Under the pieces are notes generated by a model. That model saw nothing but the letters and a program-made list of their open reading frames with translations, had not been told where the DNA came from and made no database searches. 64,000 nucleotides of DNA. Source: Chloroflexota bacterium (GTDB lineage: Bacteria; Chloroflexota; Dormibacteria; CF-121). A program made the translations under genes and the position numbers. The stretch is from contig VBDY01000123.1 of NCBI GenBank assembly GCA_005882775.1, positions 732 through 64,731 of the forward strand. Reading direction: 5' to 3'. Position 1 is the first letter of the stretch; every line of letters begins with the position of its first letter. Shown one piece after another: positions 1-13,133 of this stretch.

Positions 1-478
1 TCAGCGGAACGCCCGCGCGGTTGAGGTCCACCAGGGATGACTGCGCCTCGTGGATGGCGCCGGCGTGCAGGAGCTTGCCGGTGTCCTCCTCCAGGTGCAC
101 ACGGGTGATCCCGCACCGGCGGGGCTGACCCTTGACCTCGAATTCGAGGAAGCCGTTGCGGCTGAGCGGAAGATCGTACTGCGAGATCTGGTAGCCCTTG
201 GGTAGGTCCGGGTAGAAGTAGTTCTTCCGGTCGAACTTGGTGAACTCGGGAATCTCGCAATTCAGCGCCAGGGCCGTCCGTATGGTCGCCTCGACGGCGT
301 CGCGGTTGATCACCGGCAGCGAGCCGGGCAGCCCGAGGCACACCGGGCAGGTGATGCTGTTGGGTGCTGCCGTCAGGTAGTCGGTAGAACAGCCGCAGAA
401 CATCTTGCTCCGGGTCAGGATCTGGGCGTGGACCTCGAGCCCGATCACGACCTCGTAGCGGGTGGCGAGGGCGCTCAT
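1..478 (-). CDS. gatB: Asp-tRNA(Asn)/Glu-tRNA(Gln) amidotransferase subunit B, N-terminal part (runs off window edge)
   Basis: Minus-strand translation from ATG at 476-478 gives [30 protein letters not shown]..., the typical GatB N-terminus. The start overlaps the gatA stop (ATGA). Confidence 0.8.
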   Translation of the reverse strand, partial: MSALATRYEVVIGLEVHAQILTRSKMFCGCSTDYLTAAPNSITCPVCLGLPGSLPVINRDAVEATIRTALALNCEIPEFTKFDRKNYFYPDLPKGYQISQYDLPLSRNGFLEFEVKGQPRRCGITRVHLEEDTGKLLHAGAIHEAQSSLVDLNRAGVPL

Positions 479-1950
479 GCCACGGCCGCCTCCAGCAGGG
501 GCGAGTGTGCGTTGTGGAAACCACTGGCCGACTCATAGGCGAAGGCGACGCGGAGGGCGACCTCCTCGCGAAATCCTGGTGCGATCACCTGCAGGCCGAC
601 GGGCAGGCCGCCGGCCAGGCCGCAGGGGACGGAGATGCCGCACACATTCCCCAGGTTGCCGGGGATGGTGATGATGTCGTTGAGGTACATGGCGAGCGGG
701 TCCGCCGTCTTTGCCCCGAGCGGAAAGGCCACCGTGGGAGAGGTTGCCCCCAGGAGCGCGTCGACCTTCTCGAAAGCGCGCTTGAAATCCTCGATTATCA
801 GGGTTCGTACCTTCTGAGCCTTGAGGTAATAGGCGTCGTAGTAGCCGGCGCTTAGCGCGTAGGTGCCGAGCATGATCCGGCGCTTGACCTCCTGCCCGAA
901 GCCGTGCTGGCGGGTCGCCTGGTACTCCTCGATCACGGTCCGGCCACTGCCGTCCTGGAACCCGTAGCGGGCGCCGTCGTAGCGCGCGAGGTTGGAGCTG
1001 GCCTCGGCCGGCGCGATGATGTAGTAGGCGGGCAACGCATAAGCGCTGTTCGGCAGGCTGACCTCTTCGATCGAGGCACCCTGCTGCTCGAGCGTCCGGA
1101 TGGCCGCCCGCACCGCCGCCTCGACCCCCGGTTCCATGCCGGAGACGAAATATTCCCTGGGTACGCCCAGCCGCATCCCCTTGACGCCGGAGGCCAGCTG
1201 GGCCAGGTAGTCGGGCACCGGCCGTGGGGAGCTCGTCGAGTCCATCGGGTCATGGCCGGCGATGACCTGCAGGAGCAGGGCGCAGTCGGTGACGTCCCGG
1301 GTCATCGGCCCGACCTGGTCCAGGGAGGAGGCGAATGCGATCAGCCCGTACCGGCTGACCCGGCCGTAGGTCGGCTTCATCCCGACGATACCGGTCAGTG
1401 CCGCGGGCTGCCGGATCGACCCCCCGGTATCGCTCCCCAGCGCCGCTATCGCCTCACCCGCGGCCACCGCCGCCGCCGACCCGCCGCTGGAGCCACCCGG
1501 GACCCGGTCCAGGTCCCAGGGGTTGTGCACGGGACGGTAGCCGGAGTTCTCGTTCGAGGATCCCATCGCGAACTCGTCGCAGTTGGTCTTGCCCAGGAAT
1601 ACAGCGCCCTCACGATCGAGACGCTCCACCACCGTCGCGTTGTACGGAGGGACGAAGCCCTTGAGAATTTGGGACCCGGCCGTCGACTGGACGTCCCTGA
1701 CGCAGAGCACGTCCTTGAGGGCGATCGGAATGCCAGTCAGCGGTGTCGCGTCGCGACCGTCCCGTAGTCGCTCGTCCGCCGCTCGCGCCTGTTGCAGAGC
1801 CAGGTCGCGAGTAAGGGTGAGATAGGCGGCCGTCTTCTCTTCGACGCGGTCGATCTGCGCATATACCAGCTGAGTGAGCTCGAACGAGGAGATCTCGCGG
1901 TCGACAAGCATCTGATGAAGCTCGTGGATGGTGCGGCCGTGCAGGTTCAT
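475..1950 (-). CDS. gatA: Glutamyl-tRNA(Gln) amidotransferase subunit A (amidase signature [14 protein letters not shown])
   Basis: The 517-aa track ORF carries the amidase signature. The conserved N-terminus [25 protein letters not shown] begins at M27, so start is about 1950, directly after the gatC stop. Confidence 0.9.
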   Translation of the reverse strand: MNLHGRTIHELHQMLVDREISSFELTQLVYAQIDRVEEKTAAYLTLTRDLALQQARAADERLRDGRDATPLTGIPIALKDVLCVRDVQSTAGSQILKGFVPPYNATVVERLDREGAVFLGKTNCDEFAMGSSNENSGYRPVHNPWDLDRVPGGSSGGSAAAVAAGEAIAALGSDTGGSIRQPAALTGIVGMKPTYGRVSRYGLIAFASSLDQVGPMTRDVTDCALLLQVIAGHDPMDSTSSPRPVPDYLAQLASGVKGMRLGVPREYFVSGMEPGVEAAVRAAIRTLEQQGASIEEVSLPNSAYALPAYYIIAPAEASSNLARYDGARYGFQDGSGRTVIEEYQATRQHGFGQEVKRRIMLGTYALSAGYYDAYYLKAQKVRTLIIEDFKRAFEKVDALLGATSPTVAFPLGAKTADPLAMYLNDIITIPGNLGNVCGISVPCGLAGGLPVGLQVIAPGFREEVALRVAFAYESASGFHNAHSPLLEAAVA

Positions 1951-2249
1951 TCCTGGATTGCCTTGACCTTGAAATAGGCACCGTCCACCTTGGGCGCATT
2001 CCTCAGGGCGTCCTCGACGCTGAGGCACGGGCGGACCTCGTCCGCCCGCATCACATTGCGCTCCTCCAGAGGATGGGCCGTCGCCGGAACCTGCGACGTG
2101 TCAGCCTGGTTGAGAGCGTTTATGTGGGCCAGGATATTGCGAAGCTGGTCACGGTAGCGGGTCACTTCCTCCGCCGTGATCCCCAGTCGAGCCAGCCGCG
2201 CAACATGCTCGACTTCCGCGGAGGAGAGCTCTGATTCGGGCTCGGGCAA
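1947..2249 (-). CDS. gatC: Glu-tRNA(Gln) amidotransferase subunit C
   Basis: 100-aa ORF with GatC-like sequence (LARLGITAEEV...), immediately upstream of gatA. Confidence 0.8.
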   Translation of the reverse strand: MPEPESELSSAEVEHVARLARLGITAEEVTRYRDQLRNILAHINALNQADTSQVPATAHPLEERNVMRADEVRPCLSVEDALRNAPKVDGAYFKVKAIQE

Positions 2250-2272
2250 GACCCTAATTCTAGGGGCTTAGT

Positions 2273-5089
2273 TCACCCGGTCAGGCTTGTGGTTTTCGGC
2301 GTGCGATGGCGCGCACGGAGCCAGGGACCGAGCTGGGCCGCAGGCAGCGGGTAGCTGATGTGGAATCCCTGAGCCAGGTCGCAGCCGAGCTCACCGAGGA
2401 GGGTCGCGGTCTCGGCGGTCTCCACGCCCTCGGCCACCACCCGCAGCCCCAGATTGTGGCCCAGATCGATGGTAGAGCGGACTATGGCGGCGTCGTCGCG
2501 ACTCTGGGCCAGGTCGGCCAGGAACGACTTGTCGATCTTGATCTCGGCAACCGGTAGGCGCTTGAGGTAGGTGAGCGAGGAGTAGCCCGTGCCGAAATCG
2601 TCGACCGAGAGCCTGACCCCAATCTCGTGGAGGCAGCGCAGGGTCGGGTCGGCCTCAGCCGAAAGGATGCTACGTTCGGTGATTTCCAGGGTCAGCTTAT
2701 CCGGGGGAATCTGCCAGGTCCGCAAGAGATCAGCCACGGTGGGAGCCAGCTCCACGTCCGCCAGGCTGCGGGCGGACAGGTTTACGGCAACGCCAACCTC
2801 GAAGCCCGCCTTGTGCCAGGCATGCAGCTGGCCGAGCGCCTCATTGAGGACCCAGGCCGTGAGCGGCTTGATCAAGTCGGTCTGCTCCGCCGAGGGGATG
2901 AAGTCATCCGGTGGAAGCAGCCCGTGCTTGGGATGTCCCCAGCGGACCAGCGCCTCCAGCTTTTCAGGGCGACCGTCCGCCAGGTCGACGATCGGCTGAT
3001 AATGGAGCAGCAGCTCGAATTGGTCGATGGCATGGCCGAGCTTTCCGATCAGCGGGGTCGGGCTGCCGTTCCCGTCCTCCTGGTCGGACGCATATACGCT
3101 GTAACCGCTGCGGGCGCGCTTGGCCGCGTACATGGCCACGTCCGCCCGGCGCATCAGCGCCGCGGCGTCCTCAGCGTGCTGGGGAAAGCTGGCCACCCCG
3201 ATGCTGACCGCCGGGGTGATCGGCGTCTCATCGATCACAACCGGAGCTTCGAGCGCCTGGAGGATCTTCTCGGCGATCAGCGCCGCCCGCGGTGCGTCCG
3301 TCGCCCCGAAGGGGACCACGGCGAACTCGTCACCGCCAAGTCGGGCCACCATGTCGGCCTTTCTAAGAGTGCCCCGGAGGCGCGCGGCGACTTCTCGGAG
3401 CAGCTGGTCACCCACGTGGTGGCCCAGCCGGTCATTCACTTCTTTGAAGTTGTCCATGTCCATCACCAGGACGGCGCAGGGCCGCAGATCGCGTTCGGCC
3501 GCGAGGATGGCTGTCTCCAGCCGCTCTTTCAAAAAGCTGCGGTTGGGTAGCCCGGTGAGCGGGTCGTGCAGGGCCTGAAACTGAAGCGCTTCGGTTTCGG
3601 CCTTGCGCTGCGAGACGTCGCGGAGCCCGCCGATCAATAGACGCTGGGAGCCGAAGCGGGTGGCGGTGAACTCGATCGGAATCGTGGTGCCATCCTTCCG
3701 CTGCCCCACGGTTTCGTGGGTTCCCTGGGCCCGCTCATCGCGGGCGCGCAGATAGGAGCGCAACTGCGGCCGCAGCTCGCCGCGATTCGGCTCGGCGATC
3801 AGCCCCCCGAAGTCTTTTCCGGCGACCTCATCGACCTGTACTCCGAACAGGCGCTGTGCCGCCGAGTTGATGGATCGAACCTGCAAGCGCTCGTCCAGGG
3901 TGAGGATGCCCTCGGGGACGCTCTCGAGAACGGCCCGAACACGGTCGCTGCTGCGGCGCAGCTCCTCCTCGGCACGGCGACGCTCGATGAATTGACCGAT
4001 CTGGCTGCCGATGTCGGCCATCACCCGCAGTGTGGGCCGGTCGAGGGACCGCACCTCCCGGCTGAAGAGGGCAATCACGCCTATCACCTTGCGGCCGTTC
4101 GTCACTGCAAAGACAAAGTTGCCGTGGAGCCCGGCGCGTCCCGCGAGCTTTGCCCGGACCGCATTACGGTCGGAGGCGACGTCGCGCACGGCGGCGGACT
4201 TGCCGGTGGCCCAGACACGGCCGACAAGGTCCACGCCTCGAGCGAAGGTCAACGCCTTGCTCGCCGCTTCAAACGCCTCAAGGTCTCGGCTCGGCCGCAG
4301 CCAGCCGAATTCCCAGCGCAAGGCACTCGTTTCTAGGTCTATGCCCCAGAACTCGCCCAGGGCCCACCCCATGCTCTCGCATAGCCCCTGGATCACCTGG
4401 GGCGCGGCCTCCGCCCAGCTCGCCGAGGTCGCCAGAGGACGGGTCACGGCGAACTGCGCGCTGCGCAGCCGCTCGGCATTCCGCCTCTCACTGATGTCGG
4501 TGATGAACGCGACCAGGCTGAGCTGCCGGCCCGACCGCCAGACGGCGGATACCGAGACCTCAACCGGAAACTCGTGCCCGTCCCGGTGAAGGGCGGCCAG
4601 CTCGATCGACTGCCCGAGCAGCTTGCCTTCGCCGGTTTCGACGAAGCGCCTGAAGCCGCGCCGGTGGGCCTCATGGTGCCGGCGCGGGATGACGGTCCCG
4701 CTCAGGGTGCGACCGATCGCCTGATCATGGCTCCAGCCGAAAATCTCCTCCGCCTTCTTGTTCCAACCGGTGATGAGTCCGCGCTCATCGGCGGAGATCA
4801 CCGCGCTGGGTGAGGTATCGATGATCACCTTCAGCCGGCTTTCTGAATGCTGGGACTGTTCCGCCAGCTTGAGGTAGGAGACGGATTCACGCTTGGCAAG
4901 GACGTAGAGGGACAGCATCCCGCCGAGCAGCAGGGTGACGCTCAGGACGGTGGTGCCGTCCATCAGCGGCACGGACCAGCTCAGGGCGAGGGTGCCGCTC
5001 TGCCGCAGGGTCCCCAGCACCAGAATGGCAAGCGCTGCCAGCAGCGGCGCGACAAGCAGCAGACTGCGGTTCAGCCGCATGGCGCGCAA
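2273..5089 (-). CDS. Membrane-anchored PAS-GAF-PAS-GGDEF-EAL c-di-GMP signalling protein
   Basis: 938 aa with N-terminal TM helices, RLGGDEFAV (GGDEF) and EITERSIL (EAL) motifs, and PAS/GAF-like segments. Confidence 0.85.
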   Translation of the reverse strand: MRAMRLNRSLLLVAPLLAALAILVLGTLRQSGTLALSWSVPLMDGTTVLSVTLLLGGMLSLYVLAKRESVSYLKLAEQSQHSESRLKVIIDTSPSAVISADERGLITGWNKKAEEIFGWSHDQAIGRTLSGTVIPRRHHEAHRRGFRRFVETGEGKLLGQSIELAALHRDGHEFPVEVSVSAVWRSGRQLSLVAFITDISERRNAERLRSAQFAVTRPLATSASWAEAAPQVIQGLCESMGWALGEFWGIDLETSALRWEFGWLRPSRDLEAFEAASKALTFARGVDLVGRVWATGKSAAVRDVASDRNAVRAKLAGRAGLHGNFVFAVTNGRKVIGVIALFSREVRSLDRPTLRVMADIGSQIGQFIERRRAEEELRRSSDRVRAVLESVPEGILTLDERLQVRSINSAAQRLFGVQVDEVAGKDFGGLIAEPNRGELRPQLRSYLRARDERAQGTHETVGQRKDGTTIPIEFTATRFGSQRLLIGGLRDVSQRKAETEALQFQALHDPLTGLPNRSFLKERLETAILAAERDLRPCAVLVMDMDNFKEVNDRLGHHVGDQLLREVAARLRGTLRKADMVARLGGDEFAVVPFGATDAPRAALIAEKILQALEAPVVIDETPITPAVSIGVASFPQHAEDAAALMRRADVAMYAAKRARSGYSVYASDQEDGNGSPTPLIGKLGHAIDQFELLLHYQPIVDLADGRPEKLEALVRWGHPKHGLLPPDDFIPSAEQTDLIKPLTAWVLNEALGQLHAWHKAGFEVGVAVNLSARSLADVELAPTVADLLRTWQIPPDKLTLEITERSILSAEADPTLRCLHEIGVRLSVDDFGTGYSSLTYLKRLPVAEIKIDKSFLADLAQSRDDAAIVRSTIDLGHNLGLRVVAEGVETAETATLLGELGCDLAQGFHISYPLPAAQLGPWLRARHRTPKTTSLTG

Positions 5090-5126
5090 TATGCGTCACC
5101 GGCCATGAAAGGGAAGTTAAGGAGCT

Positions 5127-5145
5127 GTTACAAACCGTTACAAAG
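5127..5145 (-). repeat. Tandem direct repeat TTTGTAAC-gg-TTTGTAAC (minus-strand sense) about 40 nt upstream of the GGDEF/EAL gene start
   Basis: Plus strand reads gttacaaaccgttacaaag, in a locally AT-richer intergenic stretch. Shares the CCGTTAC/GTAAC core with the repeats at 10886-10913 and 22841-22851. Confidence 0.4.
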
Positions 5146-5166
5146 TCTTATACAGACGACATCCGG

Positions 5167-9377
<4,211 letters not shown>

Positions 9378-9424
9378 GGTCAGTCCAAAGTTTACGGGCC
9401 CGGGCCCAGGGCAGACGGGGTGCT

Positions 9425-10837
9425 TTAGCGCTTGCGGGAGCGGGCGCGGCCGCGCATCCGGCCCTCGTTCATCTGGTCGACGTCATCGTCCTCGGCGGAT
9501 GCCTGGCGATTCGTTTTGAACGACTGGGAGAACGCGCCCACAAACTGGTCGCGCAATTCCATGGTCGACACCTCGAAGGCGTCCTTGAGCGTCCAGTGGT
9601 CGTCCGGCGAGTACTTCCGCTCGCAGGCCCAAAGGAGGAACTTGATCAGCCTCACCCGGGTGGCTGCGGCCAGCCGTCCGCGCTTCTTCTGTTTGCCGTT
9701 GCCCTGTACCTTTGCGCTCGACGGCGGCGGCGCCACCGTACCGTCCGACTTGCGCACGCCCCAGGCGGGAGCGGCAGGCGGCACGCCCGCTATCGGCGCC
9801 TGGGAGACAAGGCTCGCCCGAAGCGATCTCAGGTCGTCCTCGGGGGCCGAGGTCTTCGGTTCGGCGGCAGGCGGCGCCTGCGGAGCCGGTACGGCAGCTG
9901 CAGGGGACTGATATACGGGGGCTGCTTCCTTTCGCTTGGGGATGGGCATGGGCGGCACCGAGAAGCTCGGCGGAGTAACCGGCCGGGCCGGCACGGCCGG
10001 ACGAGCCGGCGGCATCTGCACCGGAGGCGCAGCCTGGGGATTCATGAAGGTGGGCTGGCCCGGCATTTGCGGCATGGGGTAGGGAGCAACCACAGGCTGC
10101 TGCGGCATCAGCGGCGGCATGGGCTGCTGGGGCACAGGGGGCCGCATCATGGGGGGTTGCTGCGGAGGGTAGGGCGGTTGGGGCTGCATCATCGGCGGTT
10201 GCGGCTGCATCATCGGCTGCTGCAGCGGCATGCCCGAAGGCATGCGTGGGGGTTGCATGCCAGCCCCGGGCGCCGGCTGATACGGGGCGTTGGGGTACAC
10301 CGGTGGAAAAGCTTGCGGGCCAGGCGGAGCCGGATAAGGCTGGGGCGGATAGCCCTGCCCCTGAGGCGGGGCCTGCCAGGCGGGTGTCATCCCAGGCTGG
10401 GGGGTAAAACGCGGGTTCACGGGTGCGACCTGCCGCTGCTGGTCGGGCGCGATGTAGGGCGACGCCGGGCCCTGGAGCACGGTCTGGCTCCGGCGGAGCA
10501 GGTCGAGCAGACGGCCCTTGTCTATATAAAGGTTGGAGTGCAGCTCCGGATTCGGGCCGGGCACGAACACGAACTGTCCGCTCTGAAACTCCCAGAGGAG
10601 ATCGAACGCCTGGCGCGCTCCGCGCACCCGGCCACCGCTGGCGTGGGTAAGTGCCCCGTTCTGAAAGGCATAGGTCCAGGACCCACGCGGCTCGGTGAGC
10701 TGGAGCGTGCCCGAGCCGCCACCGTTGACGACCTGGTCGAGCAAGCCCAGCAGGCCGACGCGGTCGATGGCCTGGACCTGTGGCTGGGTAGCCGTGGGCG
10801 CGCCGGGGCCCCCCTTCCCCTTGGCGAACAGCTTCAT
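9425..10837 (-). CDS. DUF4388 (PatA-N-like) domain protein with long Pro/Gln/Met-rich low-complexity region and conserved C-terminal basic domain
   Basis: N-terminal DRVGLLGLLDQVVNGGGSGTLQL...LLWEFQSGQFVF resembles DUF4388. It is followed by PQQPMMQPQPP repeats. The likely start is MKLFAKG at 10837, with a GGGAG SD 4 nt upstream. Confidence 0.6.
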   Translation of the reverse strand: MKLFAKGKGGPGAPTATQPQVQAIDRVGLLGLLDQVVNGGGSGTLQLTEPRGSWTYAFQNGALTHASGGRVRGARQAFDLLWEFQSGQFVFVPGPNPELHSNLYIDKGRLLDLLRRSQTVLQGPASPYIAPDQQRQVAPVNPRFTPQPGMTPAWQAPPQGQGYPPQPYPAPPGPQAFPPVYPNAPYQPAPGAGMQPPRMPSGMPLQQPMMQPQPPMMQPQPPYPPQQPPMMRPPVPQQPMPPLMPQQPVVAPYPMPQMPGQPTFMNPQAAPPVQMPPARPAVPARPVTPPSFSVPPMPIPKRKEAAPVYQSPAAAVPAPQAPPAAEPKTSAPEDDLRSLRASLVSQAPIAGVPPAAPAWGVRKSDGTVAPPPSSAKVQGNGKQKKRGRLAAATRVRLIKFLLWACERKYSPDDHWTLKDAFEVSTMELRDQFVGAFSQSFKTNRQASAEDDDVDQMNEGRMRGRARSRKR

Positions 10838-10885
10838 GCGCTCCCAACTATATCCCCGGCTCTCCGGCTGCCCCCCCAAGAACCG

Positions 10886-10913
10886 GTAACGCCTGTGTAA
10901 CTACCCGTTACCT
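10886..10913. repeat. Inverted repeat GGTAACG-N14-CGTTACC (with internal GTAAC), spanning the PRTase stop and the 5' region of the DUF4388 gene
   Basis: The perfect 7-bp arms are seen directly. Candidate operator; it shares the GTAAC/GTTAC core with the repeats at 5127-5145 and 22841-22851. Confidence 0.45.
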
Positions 10914-11536
10914 GGCGTCAGGAGGGACCGAACCTCGTCGTCACCGACCTGCGGCCAGTGCTCAAAGAAGTTCCCGACGGCATAGAAGGGCTCGGGCGTT
11001 GCCAGGCAGACCCACTCATCTACCAGCCGGGAAAGCCAGTCGGCCGTGTCTTTGGGGGCCACCGGCACCGCCAGCGTCACCCGCCTGGCGCCCCGGCGCC
11101 GGGCAGCCTCGACCGCCGCCTGCGCGGTCAGGCCGGTTGCAATCCCATCGTCAGTCAGGATGACCTGGCGGTCGGGCTCGAGGCGGGCGACTCCCTGGCC
11201 GAACTTCCCGACCCAGAGCCTCAGCTCGGCCCGCGTGCCATCGGCTTCGGCCTGCAGCTCCTCCTCGCTGAGCCCGAGCCTGCGGCTCAGGTTGTGGTCG
11301 ACTACGACGCCGGATTCGTCGTCGACCGCACCGATGGCAAGCTCCGGGTTGCCCGGCGCGCCGAGCTTACGCACCGGGCAGATACCAAGCGGTAGCCCGA
11401 GCTCCCGCGCAATCACGGCGCCGACCACGATGCCGCCCCGAGGTATGCCGAGCACCACCGTGTCCGCCGCGTGCGCGTGATGACGGAGCCGCTCGGCAAG
11501 CCGTTCGCCGGCATCGACCCGGTCGCGGAAAATCAT
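10902..11536 (-). CDS. Phosphoribosyltransferase-family protein (type I PRTase fold)
   Basis: 211 aa with VVLGIPRGGIVVGAVIARELGLP and VILTDDGIATG (PRPP-binding loop). Confidence 0.65.
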
Positions 11537-11563
11537 CCTGACTCCCCGCTCTACAATAGGCCG

Positions 11564-12079
11564 ATGTCGGCGGTGGTTGAAAAGATGCCGGGCCTGGGTG
11601 ACCTGGCGCCGGACTTCAGCCTGCCCGGAACGCCCGATGGCGACAAGGTCACGCTGGCCTCATTCCGTAGCAAGCGGCACGTGGTCCTCGTCTTTTACGT
11701 TTTCGATTTCAGCCCTGGCTGAACAAACGAGCTCACCTCCTTGCGAGGTGATCACCAGCAGTTCGAGAAGAACGAGGTCCAAATCCTGGCCATCAGCGTC
11801 GACCACATCTGGGCGCACAAGGCATACGCCAAGAGCCTCGGCGACCTTCCATTCCCCCTGCTGGCGGACTGGGATAAGTCGGTCAGTCGGACCTACGGGG
11901 TGCTTCGCGAGGAGACGGGCGCCGCCCGCCGGTCACTCTTCCTGGTGGACTACCGCGGCTATGTCCGCTGGCGAAACCCCACCTACGACTGGAAGAACGC
12001 GGAGCAGTACTCGGAGCTGATCGAGGCCACCCTCGCCCTCCCGAAAATTCCCATCAAAAAAGAAGAAGCCAGCTCCTGA
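11564..12079 (+). CDS. BCP/PrxQ-type peroxiredoxin with in-frame TGA at the peroxidatic-Cys position (candidate selenoprotein; otherwise a pseudogene)
   Basis: Two track ORFs (11471-11722 and 11741-12079) share a frame and are separated only by TGA at 11720-11722. The joined sequence ...VVLVFYVFDFSPG-[TGA]-TNELTSL...AISVDH...FPLLADWDK matches FYPKDFTPGCT of BCP peroxiredoxins with TGA in place of Cys. The start ATG at 11564 gives MSAVVEKMPGLGDLAPDFSL. Confidence 0.6.
11733..11751 (+). promoter_or_regulatory. SECIS-like hairpin (7-bp stem UCACCUC/GAGGUGA, loop CUUGC) 10 nt downstream of the in-frame UGA
   Basis: A perfect stem-loop is seen directly. Its position and the G/U-containing apical loop are consistent with bacterial SECIS geometry. 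Confidence 0.5.
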
Positions 12080-12085
12080 GCTGGC
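12050..12085 (-). terminator. Intrinsic terminator for groES (hairpin GCCAGCTC..GAGCTGGC followed by UUCUUCUUUUUU on the minus strand)
   Basis: The 7-8-bp GC-rich stem at 12068-12085 is followed, in minus-strand sense, by a U-rich tract. It overlaps the 3' end of the convergent prx gene. Confidence 0.5.
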
Positions 12086-12109
12086 CCCTTCCGTGCCGCG
12101 CGGCGGCGG

Positions 12110-12412
12110 TTAGCCCTTACCGTTTGCGACGACGGCGAGGATGTCCTTCTCGGACAGGATCAGGTATTCGGTCTCTTCGAGCTTGATCTCGCTCCCCGAA
12201 TACTTGGCGTAGACGACGCGGTCGCCGACCTTGACATCGACGGGCTCCCGCTTGCCGCTAGCCTCGATGAACCGGCCATTGCCGACAGCCTCGACCAAGC
12301 CTTCCTGCGGCTTCTCCTTGGCGGTGTCCGGCAGGACGATCCCGCTCTTGGTCATCTCCTCGCGCTCGAGCGGCTTGATCACAACCCGATCACCCAGTGG
12401 ACGTAGCTTCAT
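12110..12412 (-). CDS. groES: Co-chaperonin GroES (Cpn10)
   Basis: 100 aa: [14 protein letters not shown]...[15 protein letters not shown]...[13 protein letters not shown], canonical GroES. An AAGGAGG SD precedes the ATG. Confidence 0.9.
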   Translation of the reverse strand: MKLRPLGDRVVIKPLEREEMTKSGIVLPDTAKEKPQEGLVEAVGNGRFIEASGKREPVDVKVGDRVVYAKYSGSEIKLEETEYLILSEKDILAVVANGKG

Positions 12413-12443
12413 ACTCGAATCCTCCTTGCTGGCAATGCTGTAG

Positions 12444-12470
12444 TTAGCACTCAGTCAGTCCGAGTGCTAA
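12444..12470. promoter_or_regulatory. CIRCE operator (HrcA binding site) TTAGCACTC-N9-GAGTGCTAA, perfect consensus
   Basis: An exact match to the CIRCE inverted repeat, 32 nt upstream of the groES start. Confidence 0.85.
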
Positions 12471-12499
12471 TGATAGCGGAACGCCAGGCTTTCGTTCAA
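12470..12499 (-). promoter_or_regulatory. Putative sigma-A promoter of groES (TTGAAC-18-TATCAT) directly abutting CIRCE
   Basis: Minus strand reads cttgaacgaaagcctggcgttccgcTATCATtagcactc. The -10 sits immediately upstream of CIRCE, the classic arrangement. Confidence 0.4.
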
Positions 12500-12550
12500 G
12501 GCCCTGGGTCTTGTATGACCTGGGCCCTCGAGGTACCCTGCCAGCGAGCC

Positions 12551-12579
12551 TTGACACGGCCGCCGCGGGCGGATAGTCT
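12551..12579 (+). promoter_or_regulatory. Putative sigma-70-type promoter TTGACA-17-TAGTCT for the downstream secreted-protein gene
   Basis: TTGACA at 12551-12556 and TAGTCT at 12574-12579. A GGAGG SD lies 7 nt before the ATG at 12630. Confidence 0.4.
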
Positions 12580-12629
12580 CGGCAGCGAGCGAATTTACCG
12601 TTCGTTCATCAATTTTTGGGGAGGGGACG

Positions 12630-13121
12630 ATGGTCAATCTCAAGAAAACCCTTGCCGCGTCTGCTCTGGCGCTGAGCCTGGCTCTGCCGGCGGGGACGAC
12701 GGCGTTTGCCGACTCGAACGCGACTTCCTGTCCACAGGTAGAGCAGACCTTTCCTTTCGTGCTGCCCAGCGGCATCCTTCCGGTAAGTGGTACCGGCAGT
12801 CTCGTTCTGTCGACAGAGACCGGTCAGAACGGCGTCTGCAGCGGGACATTTACTGCCGTCGTCGGCGTCACGCCGGTCGCGTTCGGAGCCTTTACGGCCA
12901 TCCATCGCGGTTCAACCGTCACGGTCTTCTTCCACACGACCACGGGCAGCCCCGTCGGCGCGCGTGGCGTGCTTTTCTATGACAGTTCGAGTGGCCACGG
13001 CGTGGTCGCCACCAAGATCACGGCTGCCGGCCAGTGCGCGTTCGTCATTGCGCGATTTGAGGGGAGCCCGGCGACCGGATTCAGCATTGTCGGAACACCG
13101 CTCGTTCTACCCTGCTTCTAA
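12630..13121 (+). CDS. Small secreted hypothetical protein (signal peptide, Gly/Thr/Ser-rich, 4 Cys)
   Basis: The N-terminus MVNLKKTLAASALALSLALPAGTTAFA is a Sec signal peptide. SD and promoter are present. No recognisable family. Confidence 0.55.
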   Translation: MVNLKKTLAASALALSLALPAGTTAFADSNATSCPQVEQTFPFVLPSGILPVSGTGSLVLSTETGQNGVCSGTFTAVVGVTPVAFGAFTAIHRGSTVTVFFHTTTGSPVGARGVLFYDSSSGHGVVATKITAAGQCAFVIARFEGSPATGFSIVGTPLVLPCF

Positions 13122-13133
13122 CGCCGCTTACGA

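Noticed and set aside
9483-10847. 454-aa ORF overlapping the DUF4388 gene in another frame, and many similar long ORFs (for example 5482-6984+, 22489-23796+, 26280-27638+, 37028-38017+, 48828-50897+)
   Set aside because: In a 65% GC genome stop codons are rare in all frames. These are shadow ORFs with Arg/Pro/Gly-rich junk translations, sitting opposite or overlapping unambiguous conserved genes.
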